This document shows, in pieces, positions 44,296-53,181 of a DNA stretch of 53,181 nt. Source of the DNA: Gammaproteobacteria bacterium (GTDB lineage Bacteria; Pseudomonadota; Gammaproteobacteria; Pseudomonadales; Azotimanducaceae); contig JAQBCT010000376.1 of assembly GCA_032124855.1 (NCBI GenBank), positions 1 through 53,181 of the forward strand, written 5' to 3'. The translations under genes were made by a program, and so were the position numbers. The notes under the pieces were generated by a model. The model was given only the letters and a program-made list of their open reading frames with translations. It did no database searches and was not told the DNA's origin. Within the stretch, counting starts at the first letter, position 1, and each line of letters begins with the position of its first letter.

Positions 44296-46556
44296 ACAGG
44301 CACCTGTCCTATCACAGCGACAACTTTCTCGCCGAGCACGAAGCCGCCGCGACGGGCGGCGCCTCAGGCGTTGTTGATGTGCGCAAGCTAGGCCGACGTC
44401 GCTTTCTGCAGCTCACGGGTGTCGCCGGTGGTGGTCTCATGCTGGGTGTCAGCGTGGCCTGCGGTGAACGCAGCAGTGCAACCGCCGCCAACGTCGGCGA
44501 ATTCGCGCCGAACGCCTATCTGAGGATTTCGGAATCCGGCATCGTGATCTGCGCACCGAACCCGGAAGTCGGGCAGGGCGTGAAGACCGCGTTGCCGATG
44601 ATCGTGGCGGAAGAGCTGGATGCGGCGTGGACCGACGTGCGTGTGGAGCAGTCTGCGATCGATGCCGCGCTGTATGCCCGTCAGGTGGCCGGTGGGTCGC
44701 GCTCGATTCCGGCAGAGTGGGACGTACTGCGCCAGGTGGGCGCGGCGGCGCGTTCGATGCTGGTATCTGCCGCCGCCGCGCGCTGGGGCGTGGCCGAAGC
44801 GCAGTGCAGCACGGCAGACAGCACAGTGCACCACACTGCCAGCGGGCGCAGCCTGCGCTACGTGGAGCTCGCCAACGATGCCGCTCGGCTGCGCGTGCCG
44901 GACGCGAAACGCGTCGCGCTGAAGTCGCGCGCCGACTACACGTTACTTGGCCGGCGCATCAGCGGCGTCGACAACCGCTCCCTGGTAACAGGACAACCGC
45001 TGTTCGGCATCGATCAGGTGCAGCCCGGCATGCGCTACGCCGTGTATCAGAAATGTCCGGCCACGGGTGGCAGCGTGGTCAGCGCCAATCTCGATGCCGT
45101 CAAAAAGCTGCCCGGCGTGCTGGATGCGTTCGTGCTGAAGGGCAACGGCAACGTCGGCGAACTCATGCCGGGGGTGGCCATCGTTGCAAGGAGCACCTGG
45201 GCTGCGCTGCAAGCCAAGCAACAGCTGCAGGTGCAGTGGGATGAAACCGGTGCGGCGAAAGACAGCTGGGACGCAACGATTGCGCAAGCCAATGCCGCAA
45301 TGCGTTCCGGCGGTGGTGACGTGATTGCGGATCGCGGCCAGGTCGATGCCGCGTTCGCGGCGGCGCCGGTGACGCGCGAAGCGCACTACCGCTATGCCTT
45401 CGCCTCGCATGCGCAGCTGGAGCCGCAGAATTGCACGGCCTGGTTCCGCGACGGTTCCATCGAACTGTGGGCGCCAACGCAGACGCCGCAGCGCGGCCTT
45501 GCGAGCGTGGCAGCCACGCTTGGCATTGCACCCGATAAAGTCACCGTGCATCAGACGCGCGCGGGCGGCGGCTTCGGCCGGCGGCTGACGAACGACTCCA
45601 TGTGCGAGGCGGCGGCGATCGCGCAACGCGTGGACGCGCCGGTGAAGCTGCAATGGACGCGGGAAGACGATATGAATCACGACTTCTTCCGCGCGGGCGG
45701 CTTTCACGAATTGAAGGGTGCGGTGGACGCGGCCGGCAAACTGTCCGCGTGGCAGCAGCACTTCGTGACATTCGCCCGCGATGGTGCACTCGTGTCTGGC
45801 GGTGGCATGTCGGATCAGATTTTCCCAAGTCCCATGCTCGCCAACTATCGCCTCACCCAGACGAGTCTCGCGTGGGATACGCCGTGCGGTGCGTGGCGCG
45901 CGCCCGGATCGAATGTCTACAGCTTCGTGGTACAGAGTTTTCTGCATGAGATGGCTGTGGCAGCCAAGCGCGATCACCTGGAGTTCCTGCTTGAAGTATT
46001 CGGCGAGCCGCGCTGGTTTGAGGAAGGTAACTTATGGTCGGTGCACACGGGCCGCGCCGCAGCGGTGATCAAACTGGCGGCGCAGCGCGCCGGTTGGGGA
46101 CAACCCATGCCGCAGGGGCGCGCGCTGGGGCTTGCGTTCTACTTCAGCCATGCAGGGCACATTGCCGAAGTGGCCGATGTCAGTGTCTCATCTGACAAGA
46201 AGATCAAGGTGCATCGGGTGACCGTGGTGGCCGATGTCGGTCCCATCGTCAATCTCAGCATGGCGGAGAACCAGTGCCAGGGTTCGGTGGTGGATGGTTT
46301 ATCCACGATGCTCGCGCAGAAGATCACGATCGAGAATGGTCGCATCGAGCAGCAGAATTTCGATCAGTACGCGCTACTGCGCATGCCGCACACACCGCAG
46401 GTGGACGTGCACTTTATCGCCAGTGATTTCCCACCCACTGGGTTGGGCGAACCGGCGCTGCCGCCGCTCGCACCCGCCGTATGCAACGCGATCTACAGCG
46501 CAAGCGGCCATCGCATTCGCACGTTACCGATCGCTGAGGAAGGATTTTCAGTCTGA
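44292..46556 (+). CDS. Molybdopterin-dependent oxidoreductase large subunit (IorB / xanthine dehydrogenase family) with Tat signal
   Basis: ATG at 44292 makes an ATGA overlap. Twin-arginine motif [15 protein letters not shown]. The protein is about 754 aa and has the aldehyde oxidase/xanthine dehydrogenase Moco-binding layout. Confidence 0.9.
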   Translation: MNRHLSYHSDNFLAEHEAAATGGASGVVDVRKLGRRRFLQLTGVAGGGLMLGVSVACGERSSATAANVGEFAPNAYLRISESGIVICAPNPEVGQGVKTALPMIVAEELDAAWTDVRVEQSAIDAALYARQVAGGSRSIPAEWDVLRQVGAAARSMLVSAAAARWGVAEAQCSTADSTVHHTASGRSLRYVELANDAARLRVPDAKRVALKSRADYTLLGRRISGVDNRSLVTGQPLFGIDQVQPGMRYAVYQKCPATGGSVVSANLDAVKKLPGVLDAFVLKGNGNVGELMPGVAIVARSTWAALQAKQQLQVQWDETGAAKDSWDATIAQANAAMRSGGGDVIADRGQVDAAFAAAPVTREAHYRYAFASHAQLEPQNCTAWFRDGSIELWAPTQTPQRGLASVAATLGIAPDKVTVHQTRAGGGFGRRLTNDSMCEAAAIAQRVDAPVKLQWTREDDMNHDFFRAGGFHELKGAVDAAGKLSAWQQHFVTFARDGALVSGGGMSDQIFPSPMLANYRLTQTSLAWDTPCGAWRAPGSNVYSFVVQSFLHEMAVAAKRDHLEFLLEVFGEPRWFEEGNLWSVHTGRAAAVIKLAAQRAGWGQPMPQGRALGLAFYFSHAGHIAEVADVSVSSDKKIKVHRVTVVADVGPIVNLSMAENQCQGSVVDGLSTMLAQKITIENGRIEQQNFDQYALLRMPHTPQVDVHFIASDFPPTGLGEPALPPLAPAVCNAIYSASGHRIRTLPIAEEGFSV

Positions 46557-46564
46557 ACGTAGGA

Positions 46565-47647
46565 TTGTTCGCCCGCGCTGCAGCGCTCTTGCTATGGGTT
46601 GGGTCAATGGTCGCGCAGTCCGCCGATTGGGATGACGCCGCGCTCGGTCGGCTACAAGAACAGATCAGTTCGGGTGACGCCGCGGGCGTTCACAGCGTGC
46701 TGGTCGTGCGGAACGACCAAACGATTACCGAATGGTATTTCGCGGGCGACGACGAAACGATCGGGCCGCGCGGCCCGATCGCGTTGCCCGCTGTCCAGTT
46801 CGCCGCGACTACGCTGCACGATGTGCGCTCCGTGACGAAGAGCGTCGTTTCGATTCTGTTCGGCATCGCAGTCGGAGAAGGTGCGATCGGCGATCTCGAT
46901 GCGCCCGTGCTCGACTACTTCCCCGAGTATCCGGCGCTGCGCACACCCGATCGCATGCGCATTCGCCTGCGCGACGTGCTGACGATGTCATCCGGTCTGC
47001 ACTGGGACGAGCGCACCTATCCCTATTCGGATGCCCGCAATTCCGAGATCGCGATGGAAATTGCGCCGGATCTGTACGCCCATGTCCTGTCCCAGCCGAT
47101 CGACCAGCCGCCGGGCGCGCGGTTCAACTACTCCGGCGGCGACGTGGCGCTGGTGGGCGCGATCATCACGCGCGCGACGCATACGCCCCTTGAGGTCTAC
47201 GCGAAAGAGAAGTTGTTCGGGCCGTTGGGTATCACGCGCTTCGAATGGACGCGGACCGCGGGGGGCATTCCCCGCGCCGCCTCCGGATTGCGCCTGACAT
47301 CGCGGGACATGGGCCGCATCGGGGAACTGATGCTGCACGGTGGTCGCAGCGGTGACCGGCAGATCGTCTCTGAAGACTGGGTTGCGTCATCCACCACCCC
47401 ACACATCGACGTGCCCGACAGCGATGCAACCTGCCCGCTCCAGTTCGGCTATCTGTGGTGGCTCAGCGCGGGATGTGGCAGCGAGCCGGCGTGGTTCGCC
47501 GGCATCGGCAATGGCGGGCAGCGCATCTGGGTGGTTCCATCCCACAATCTGATCGTCGCGATGACCGCGGGCCTGTACAACGATTCCGCGCAGGGCGCCG
47601 CCCCCACCGCCGTTCTCACCGGCGTGCTGACCGCGACGCACCCCTGA
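46565..47647 (+). CDS. Serine hydrolase, beta-lactamase/transpeptidase-like fold, secreted
   Basis: TTG start at 46565 gives the signal-like FARAAALLLWVGSMVAQS. The SxxK motif is SVTKS. Alternative ATG at 46607. Confidence 0.8.
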   Translation: MFARAAALLLWVGSMVAQSADWDDAALGRLQEQISSGDAAGVHSVLVVRNDQTITEWYFAGDDETIGPRGPIALPAVQFAATTLHDVRSVTKSVVSILFGIAVGEGAIGDLDAPVLDYFPEYPALRTPDRMRIRLRDVLTMSSGLHWDERTYPYSDARNSEIAMEIAPDLYAHVLSQPIDQPPGARFNYSGGDVALVGAIITRATHTPLEVYAKEKLFGPLGITRFEWTRTAGGIPRAASGLRLTSRDMGRIGELMLHGGRSGDRQIVSEDWVASSTTPHIDVPDSDATCPLQFGYLWWLSAGCGSEPAWFAGIGNGGQRIWVVPSHNLIVAMTAGLYNDSAQGAAPTAVLTGVLTATHP

Positions 47648-47653
47648 CGCGAG

Positions 47654-47690
47654 GGTGGGGCAAAAGGTGCCAGGCACCTTTTTCCCCACC
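47654..47690. terminator. Long hairpin after the serine hydrolase gene (possible terminator, also a repeat unit)
   Basis: GGTGGGG-C-AAAAGGTGCC-A-GGCACCTTTT-T-CCCCACC gives 17 paired positions with one C/T mismatch. It starts 7 nt after the stop. There is no downstream T-run beyond the TTTTT inside the stem. Confidence 0.4.
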
Positions 47691-47779
47691 GCCCATTCTC
47701 CGGCCATTTGGCGCCAGGCAACCGTTGTCCCATCGGCCATTTGGTGCCAGGCACCTTTTGGCAGGCGCCTTTTGGCAGG
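47654..47779. repeat. Cluster of short palindromic and direct repeats built on a GGTGCCAGGCACC core
   Basis: The core occurs at 47667-47679 and 47744-47756. A degenerate copy, GGCGCCAGGCAACC, lies at 47710-47723. The direct repeat CGGCCATTTGG(C/T)GCCAGGCA occurs at 47701 and 47734. The tandem repeat C(A/G)CCTTTTGGCAGG occurs at 47753 and 47766. Confidence 0.55.
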
Positions 47780-47793
47780 GACACCCATCGGGT

Positions 47794-48960
47794 TCACCGC
47801 CCGGATTGTTCGCGCACGAACGCCACCAGCCGGTGCAATCCCTGGGCGAGGCGCTCATGCGACTGAGCGAAGCAGATGCGGATATGGGTTTCGTTGTCGG
47901 GCCCGAACGTATAGCCAGGCGCCACGCCCACGTCGTATTTTTCGAGCAGCTGCTCGGCAAAACGCCGCGATGATGTCATCCCGTCGATGTGTGCGAATGC
48001 ATAGAACGCACCCACCGGTGGTGTCAGACGAATCGACGGCTCCTGACTCAGGACGTCGAGCGTAATCTGCCGGCCGCGTTCGTACTGCGTGCGCAGCGCG
48101 CGCACCGTGGCCTCACCGCCTTGCAGCGCCGCAATAGCGCCGGCCTGCGCAAACACCGTGGCGCCGGTATTGAAACACTCCGACAGCGCGGCCATCTGCA
48201 CCGCGAGCCGCTTTGGCGCGACCATCCAGCCGATGCGCCAGCCTGTCATCGCCCACGCCTTCGAAAAACCGTTCACCACGACCAGCGGATCGTCGTCCTG
48301 CGCGATCGACAGAAACGACGGTGCGGCATCGGCGTCGTACACCGTGCGGTGATAGACCTCGTCGGCCAGCAGCAGAATGCCGCGGTCACGGCAGAACGCG
48401 AGCAGCGCCTGCTGTTCCTCGCGCGCCATCACCCAGCCGGTGGGGTTACTGGGCGAGTTCACGTAGATGCAGCGGGTGTTGGTTCGCACGGCCGCCGTGA
48501 TTTCGGCCGCGTTCAATGCCCAGCCTTCCGCCGTCTCGCGTTGGCGCACGCACGACAGTTCCGCCCCGGTGACGCGAAACACGGTTTCGATATTCGGCCA
48601 GTGCGGCGACACGATCAGACCATGATCGCCCCGCGACAGCGCCAGCTGCGCCGCAATGGTGACACCCAGCATCGCGGATCCCGGCACGGTGATGCGATCT
48701 GGATGCACGTCGATTCCGTACAGCGAGTCCAGATATACCTTGATGGCGTCGCGCAATTCTTTGCGGCCCCGTGTGTTCACATAGAACGTGTCGCCCCCAT
48801 CCAGCGCACTTTTGGCTGCGTCACGAATGAACGCCGGCGTCGGCACATCGCCCTCGCCGAACCACAGGGGAATCACTTTTGGATCTGGCCAGCGCGGCAT
48901 TGCTACACCGGTGATACCGTTCTGCTGCAGGGCTTCGATCTCGTCTCGAATGGGACGCAT
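47794..48960 (-). CDS. PLP-dependent aminotransferase, class I/II
   Basis: ORF 47794..48960. Contains NSPSNPTGW and NGFSKAWAMTGWRIGW (the PLP lysine). Confidence 0.85.
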   Translation of the reverse strand: MRPIRDEIEALQQNGITGVAMPRWPDPKVIPLWFGEGDVPTPAFIRDAAKSALDGGDTFYVNTRGRKELRDAIKVYLDSLYGIDVHPDRITVPGSAMLGVTIAAQLALSRGDHGLIVSPHWPNIETVFRVTGAELSCVRQRETAEGWALNAAEITAAVRTNTRCIYVNSPSNPTGWVMAREEQQALLAFCRDRGILLLADEVYHRTVYDADAAPSFLSIAQDDDPLVVVNGFSKAWAMTGWRIGWMVAPKRLAVQMAALSECFNTGATVFAQAGAIAALQGGEATVRALRTQYERGRQITLDVLSQEPSIRLTPPVGAFYAFAHIDGMTSSRRFAEQLLEKYDVGVAPGYTFGPDNETHIRICFAQSHERLAQGLHRLVAFVREQSGR

Positions 48961-48974
48961 GGAGTATTTTCCCG

Positions 48975-49733
48975 TTACTGGCGATAGTCGATTCTAAGCA
49001 GAGCGTGATCGCTTCTGAATCCCGCGTTGTGCAAGGTGCGTTGGGAGCCGATGTTATCGAACGCGCATCCACAGATCGGGCGCAGGCCGCTACGAAGCGT
49101 ATGGTCCTTCAGAAACGCGATGATATGCGCGCCGTATCCCCCACGACGATGTGCAGGCGCCACGAGCATCCCGATATCCACCGCTGGCCGGCCTGGAATA
49201 ACGCGCTTTGCGACGCCACAGCCAACGATCGCGTCGTGCGATTTCAGAACGAACAGCCCGTTGATTGCCGCGAATTTGCGCACCTCGTCGGCGCCGTCGA
49301 AAAACCCGTCATCGAAAGCCATGATCGCCTCTGCGTCATCGTCATCGCCCGGCCGGATCGCGCAATCCGGTCGAGGTGAATAACCATCCTGGGCGATCCG
49401 TCGGAACAGCAGCCCGGTGGTGCGAACTCCTCTGCTGTGCGGCAACGCCGCGTCCAGCAGCTGTCGGTCGAACGATTTGCACATCACTTGCACCGCGCCG
49501 CTCGCCCGCATGACCTGCGCCAGCAGCTCGACGGTGTCGCTGTTTGACGGGGTAAAAAACCCAACCAATGAGGTGCCATTGACCACTGCGTAGCCGCCGT
49601 CGCTCAGCTGCCAGACCGTCCCATTCGCAACCAGATTTTCCACGAACATTTCCTGCGGCTCGGGGAGTGAGTCGAGGTAGCGCGCGCGCAGCTCGGCCGG
49701 CACCCCGTCCAGTTTCAGCGGTCCAGCCATCAC
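48975..49733 (-). CDS. GNAT family N-acetyltransferase with N-terminal extension
   Basis: ORF 48975..49733. The C-terminal half carries the acetyl-CoA binding-like sequence VAPAHRRGGYGAHIIAFL...DNIGSQRTLHNAGF. Confidence 0.65.
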   Translation of the reverse strand: MMAGPLKLDGVPAELRARYLDSLPEPQEMFVENLVANGTVWQLSDGGYAVVNGTSLVGFFTPSNSDTVELLAQVMRASGAVQVMCKSFDRQLLDAALPHSRGVRTTGLLFRRIAQDGYSPRPDCAIRPGDDDDAEAIMAFDDGFFDGADEVRKFAAINGLFVLKSHDAIVGCGVAKRVIPGRPAVDIGMLVAPAHRRGGYGAHIIAFLKDHTLRSGLRPICGCAFDNIGSQRTLHNAGFRSDHALLRIDYRQ

Positions 49734-50383
49734 AACCCACCCGCCAGAAACAACCGCACCATTCGATACTCATCGAATTCGCCGAGGTTCGGGAAAGTGC
49801 GCGCCTCGATCTCGGCGATGCAGCGATACCGACAATCGGTGATGGCTCGAATCCGTGAGTCGGCGACGAGCACATTGCTGAAACGCGCGTGCACTTCATC
49901 CAGCAATGGCAGATTGGCTGCGTCGTACAGCACGTCGGATAGCAGCACGAGATTTACCCGGCCGACGACGTCGCTGAGTTGCGCAACCACATCCAGCTCC
50001 ACACGGTTGAGTGCCGCATTGATACGCGTCGCGCTCCTCGCCAGCGGGTCGTTATCGCAGGCGATCACGCGGGCAGCACCGTAGCGCGCCGCCGCAATCG
50101 CGGCTACGCCGGACCCGCATCCAAGGTCCAGCACGGTTTTGCCGGCCACCCACTGCGGGTGCTCATTAAGCAGTCGGGCTAGTCCCAATCCGCTGCCCCA
50201 GCAGAATGCCCAGTACGCAGGGTTTGCGATTACGTCGCGCATCACTTCGGCCGGCAGTGGGCCGGTGGGGAACGCCGGGTCGATCAGGCCGAGTGTGATG
50301 TCTTCGCACCCGGGCAACGCCTGCGCAACGATTCGTGCCAGCGGCAGCGTCGTGCGCAGATTGGCTTCGAGCAGCGTCAGCAC
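49730..50383 (-). CDS. Class I SAM-dependent methyltransferase (PrmA / protein-lysine methyltransferase-like)
   Basis: ORF 49730..50383, with a 4-nt overlap onto the GNAT start. Motif I: VLDLGCGSGVAAIAAARYGAARVIACDNDP. Confidence 0.7.
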   Translation of the reverse strand: MLTLLEANLRTTLPLARIVAQALPGCEDITLGLIDPAFPTGPLPAEVMRDVIANPAYWAFCWGSGLGLARLLNEHPQWVAGKTVLDLGCGSGVAAIAAARYGAARVIACDNDPLARSATRINAALNRVELDVVAQLSDVVGRVNLVLLSDVLYDAANLPLLDEVHARFSNVLVADSRIRAITDCRYRCIAEIEARTFPNLGEFDEYRMVRLFLAGGL

Positions 50384-50404
50384 GGCCGCGGCCAGATAGC
50401 CTGC

Positions 50405-51589
50405 CTAGGCAGCAGTGAGCGGTGGCATTCCCAGCGCGTCCCGGTAGGTGTTGTGATAGTGGTGCAGCGCGGGCTCATTACGACCAAACACAACGAACTC
50501 GTTGGCGCCCGAAACGGCGCCTCGGTGCGCGCTGGCTGCGGCGGCGTAGTCTTCCTTCTGGATGACATCGGCGAAGCCCTCCGCGCGGGCTTGCAGCGTT
50601 CGCTCGGATACGTCCTCACCGTCGCTCGCGCCTGCGTTGCGCATGCCTTCGTGCGAGTAGAAGCCGATCTCAGAAAAGCTCTGGTGCGGATTCGCGCCGC
50701 GTGGATACACGCGCACCAGGGTCGGTCCACCGCGACCGAAGATGAGTTGAACATTCGGAAATATGTAGTACACCGGGATGGTTGCCTTCAACACATGCCA
50801 TTCGCTCTCGGGCAGATTGCGCAACAGGTCGATGCTGCGCGAACACAACATCATGCGGTGGTTCCGCTTAAACGTGTCGTACGTCTGGCAGTTGCCGTAC
50901 GTGAATTCGGCGAGCGTGTCGCGATGCAGCGTATTGAAATGGTATGTCTCACCGAACGTATCGATGGCGAGCTTCCAGTTCATCGATGTATTGAACGTGG
51001 TGGCGCCCTGATGCACGGCCTCGTCCAGGCGCCAGCTGGCGAGCTCGGGCCCCAGATCCCCCAGCAGATCATCGATGTCGAACGCGCCATCCGGATTCGC
51101 ACTGGCCCACAACAGCCCGTGTCGCTCCACGGCCGGCAATGCGACAAGCCCATGGCCGGCGCGGTCCACGGCGCCGAACTGCTCTTCTTTCGGCACCGCC
51201 ACCAGCGCGCCGTCGCTGCTGTAGCCCCACGCATGAAACGGGCAGCTGAACAGCGACTTCTTTCCGCGTGGTGCCGCTTCGACAATCGTGCCGCGATGTC
51301 GACAGACGTTGAGGAATGCGTGGAACACACCTTCCTTGTTTCGCGTGCACAGCACCGGCTTGCCCAGTGCATCCGATGTGAAGAACGAGCCGCGCTCGGG
51401 CAGATCGGCGGACAAGCCCAACAGCTGGGGGTATTGCTGAAAGAATGCGCCCCATTCCTGGTGGGCGACGTCTGGGTCGGTGTAGCTCTTCACGGGGTTG
51501 AGCAGTTGCCTGCCCGCATCCACATTGGTGCCGTTGTCGAGATGCGACATCAGCTGCTTGATGACGCGAATTTGTTCGGCTTGCTGCAT
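50405..51589 (-). CDS. Rieske non-heme iron oxygenase, alpha subunit
   Basis: ORF 50405..51589. Rieske motif CRHRG...CPFHAW. The mononuclear iron motif is ETYHFNTLH (Hx4H). Confidence 0.85.
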   Translation of the reverse strand: MQQAEQIRVIKQLMSHLDNGTNVDAGRQLLNPVKSYTDPDVAHQEWGAFFQQYPQLLGLSADLPERGSFFTSDALGKPVLCTRNKEGVFHAFLNVCRHRGTIVEAAPRGKKSLFSCPFHAWGYSSDGALVAVPKEEQFGAVDRAGHGLVALPAVERHGLLWASANPDGAFDIDDLLGDLGPELASWRLDEAVHQGATTFNTSMNWKLAIDTFGETYHFNTLHRDTLAEFTYGNCQTYDTFKRNHRMMLCSRSIDLLRNLPESEWHVLKATIPVYYIFPNVQLIFGRGGPTLVRVYPRGANPHQSFSEIGFYSHEGMRNAGASDGEDVSERTLQARAEGFADVIQKEDYAAAASAHRGAVSGANEFVVFGRNEPALHHYHNTYRDALGMPPLTAA

Positions 51590-51661
51590 GGCGTGCTCCG
51601 CTGCTTTGCCTTACCGTAGATAAATCACCGTCGCCTATCAAGGCGCCCATTGCGGGACACC

Positions 51662-52558
51662 ATGACAGAAGCCACCGATCTCATTGCCGACCTCTTCCGC
51701 GACAATCCGCCGCGCGATGCACTGCAGATGCGCGAGGTTCTCGATGCCTTCATGTTGCAGCTGGGCAACGCGGACCTGCCCGAGATTGGCGCCAGCCACG
51801 ATGATGTGGTGATCGGCACCTTCGGCGGCCGCCAGCTCACCGTGGATGTGCACGTGCCGAAGGGCGTGGGACCGTTCCCCGTGCTGGTATATCTGCACGG
51901 CGGTGGCTGGATCATGGGTAGTCCAAAAACCCACCGCCGCGTGGGATTCCGTTTTGCTCAGGCGGGTTATCTCGTATTCAACGTGCACTACCGCCTCGCG
52001 CCAGAGCATCCGTTCCCCGGCGCATTCGATGACTGTGTTGCCGCCATTCGCTGGGCGGCGGCGCATGCACGCGACTACGCCGGCGATGCATCGCGCCTCG
52101 CAGTGGGCGGCGATTCAGCCGGCGGCAATCTCACCGCGGCGGCGGCCGCGGCATTGAGCGAGGCCGATGATGTCGACATCAAAGCGGTGCTGCTGATTTA
52201 CGCGGCCCTCGATTTCGCGAACATGGCCGGCGAAACCCCGGTCGGCGCCGAAATGGTTGAAATGATGGTCGGTCCCTACATCGGCCACGATCGTGACGCC
52301 CTCACGCGCGACTGGCGTGTCAGTCCCATCCACGCCGCCGAAAAGTTGCCACCGGCCCATGTGCTGTGCGGCACCATGGATCCGCTGATAGAAGATGCGC
52401 GCGCGCTGGTGGCGCGACTGAAGGCGGCCGGCACCGATCATGAATTTTGCATCTACGAAGACATGCCGCACGGCTTCGTGCAGATGGAAGAAGTATTTCC
52501 AGATGCGCGCCGCGCCATCGACCGGATGGTGGACTTCCTGCGCACGCGGCTGGGCTGA
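51662..52558 (+). CDS. Alpha/beta hydrolase, hormone-sensitive-lipase-type esterase
   Basis: ATG at 51662 (alternative TTG at 51650). Oxyanion motif HGGGW, nucleophile elbow GDSAGGN, and late DPL and HGF blocks. Confidence 0.85.
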   Translation: MTEATDLIADLFRDNPPRDALQMREVLDAFMLQLGNADLPEIGASHDDVVIGTFGGRQLTVDVHVPKGVGPFPVLVYLHGGGWIMGSPKTHRRVGFRFAQAGYLVFNVHYRLAPEHPFPGAFDDCVAAIRWAAAHARDYAGDASRLAVGGDSAGGNLTAAAAAALSEADDVDIKAVLLIYAALDFANMAGETPVGAEMVEMMVGPYIGHDRDALTRDWRVSPIHAAEKLPPAHVLCGTMDPLIEDARALVARLKAAGTDHEFCIYEDMPHGFVQMEEVFPDARRAIDRMVDFLRTRLG

Positions 52559-52568
52559 GCCGTCAGCC
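52553..52568. terminator. Small hairpin containing both convergent stop codons
   Basis: GGCTGA-GCCG-TCAGCC. The stem is only 6 bp, so a terminator function is weakly supported. Confidence 0.25.
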
Positions 52569-53174
52569 GGTTTCCTGGAATACCGGCCAGCGATCGACGA
52601 TGACGCCATCGTCCACCACCAGCAGATCGCCGAACTGCAGCATCACGTGTTCGCTCTGGGTGGGGCGTAGAAACATATAGTCATCCACAGCCAGATGTAC
52701 CGAGTGAGAGGTCGTCACCGGCTCCTGATTGGTGCTGTGGTAAAGCGCCTCGGGCACGCCAGGCGGTGATACAAAGCGCGCTTTCCAGTAACCGCCGTAG
52801 ATGAAATACAACTGCCGGCGGTTCGGATCCCACCACTGCAGCAAATCGACGGCGGCGGGATCACCCGGCGCGCGCAGCGCGTCGTAGCGCTTCAGAATCG
52901 GTGTCGCGATGAACAGCGCCGGCGTGTTGTCGGACAGATAGCGTGTATCGAAATCCAGCGGCATCACCACGCCTGATCCGGCCGACAGATCGTTCATCGT
53001 GTCGTCATCGTGATAGATCGCCAGCGTATGGCTACCCGCGCCGTTGAACGTCAGCCGCCCGGCAGCTACGCAGGGGGTGGGGGCTTTGGGGGCCGGCACC
53101 CAAAGCCCCCCACGTTGGATGAAGGCGCGATAGCGCGCGGGGACCAGCGGCACCGCGGGGTCCGGCAGCCCCAC
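52563..53174 (-). CDS. Hypothetical protein (5' end may lie beyond the window)
   Basis: ORF 52563..53174, whose first codon is GTG 7 nt from the window edge. Third-position GC is coding-like. I recognise no family. Confidence 0.4.
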   Translation of the reverse strand: MGLPDPAVPLVPARYRAFIQRGGLWVPAPKAPTPCVAAGRLTFNGAGSHTLAIYHDDDTMNDLSAGSGVVMPLDFDTRYLSDNTPALFIATPILKRYDALRAPGDPAAVDLLQWWDPNRRQLYFIYGGYWKARFVSPPGVPEALYHSTNQEPVTTSHSVHLAVDDYMFLRPTQSEHVMLQFGDLLVVDDGVIVDRWPVFQETG

Positions 53175-53181
53175 GGCGCCG

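Overview
This is a high-GC chromosomal segment from a Gram-negative bacterium. Gene content and the GTAGGAGGGGCTTCAGCCCCGATC-type REP family suggest a Xanthomonadales/Lysobacterales-like gammaproteobacterium, but that is inference only. I support about 50 protein genes. I saw no rRNA, tRNA, CRISPR array, transposase, integrase or prophage genes.

Gene content, in order:
- a HAD/PlsC fusion
- an operon encoding a membrane-anchored giant coiled-coil protein, a LanC-like protein and a metallophosphoesterase
- an amidase / LbH / membrane protein / globin-like / small hydrolase string
- a Kef-type antiporter and a DAACS symporter
- a GntR-MFP-RND efflux operon
- a MarR-EmrA-EmrB operon
- DNA polymerase II
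- assorted oxidoreductases and hydrolases
- a long MoxR-DUF58-DUF4381-BatABCD (Bat-type) operon that also carries a sulfatase, an alkaline-phosphatase-family gene and a PhyH-like dioxygenase
- IorAB
- a Rieske / methyltransferase / GNAT / aminotransferase operon

Most notable observations:
1. A glutathione peroxidase gene is split in the ORF track by an in-frame TGA exactly at the catalytic Cys position. A hairpin with an fdhF-like GGUC apical loop follows it. This is a candidate bacterial selenocysteine GPx with a SECIS element.
2. The Bat operon contains a low-GC inserted phosphatase gene next to a chimeric batA-5'/DUF4381-3' duplication scar, with a REP at the junction.
3. An orphan LanC-like protein with an unusual third metal-ligand motif is operonic with a TM-coiled-coil-HhH protein and a phosphoesterase.
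4. There are two families of intergenic palindromic repeats. One contributes the C-terminal codons of an SDR gene.

Many long antisense ORFs in the track are high-GC artefacts and were rejected.
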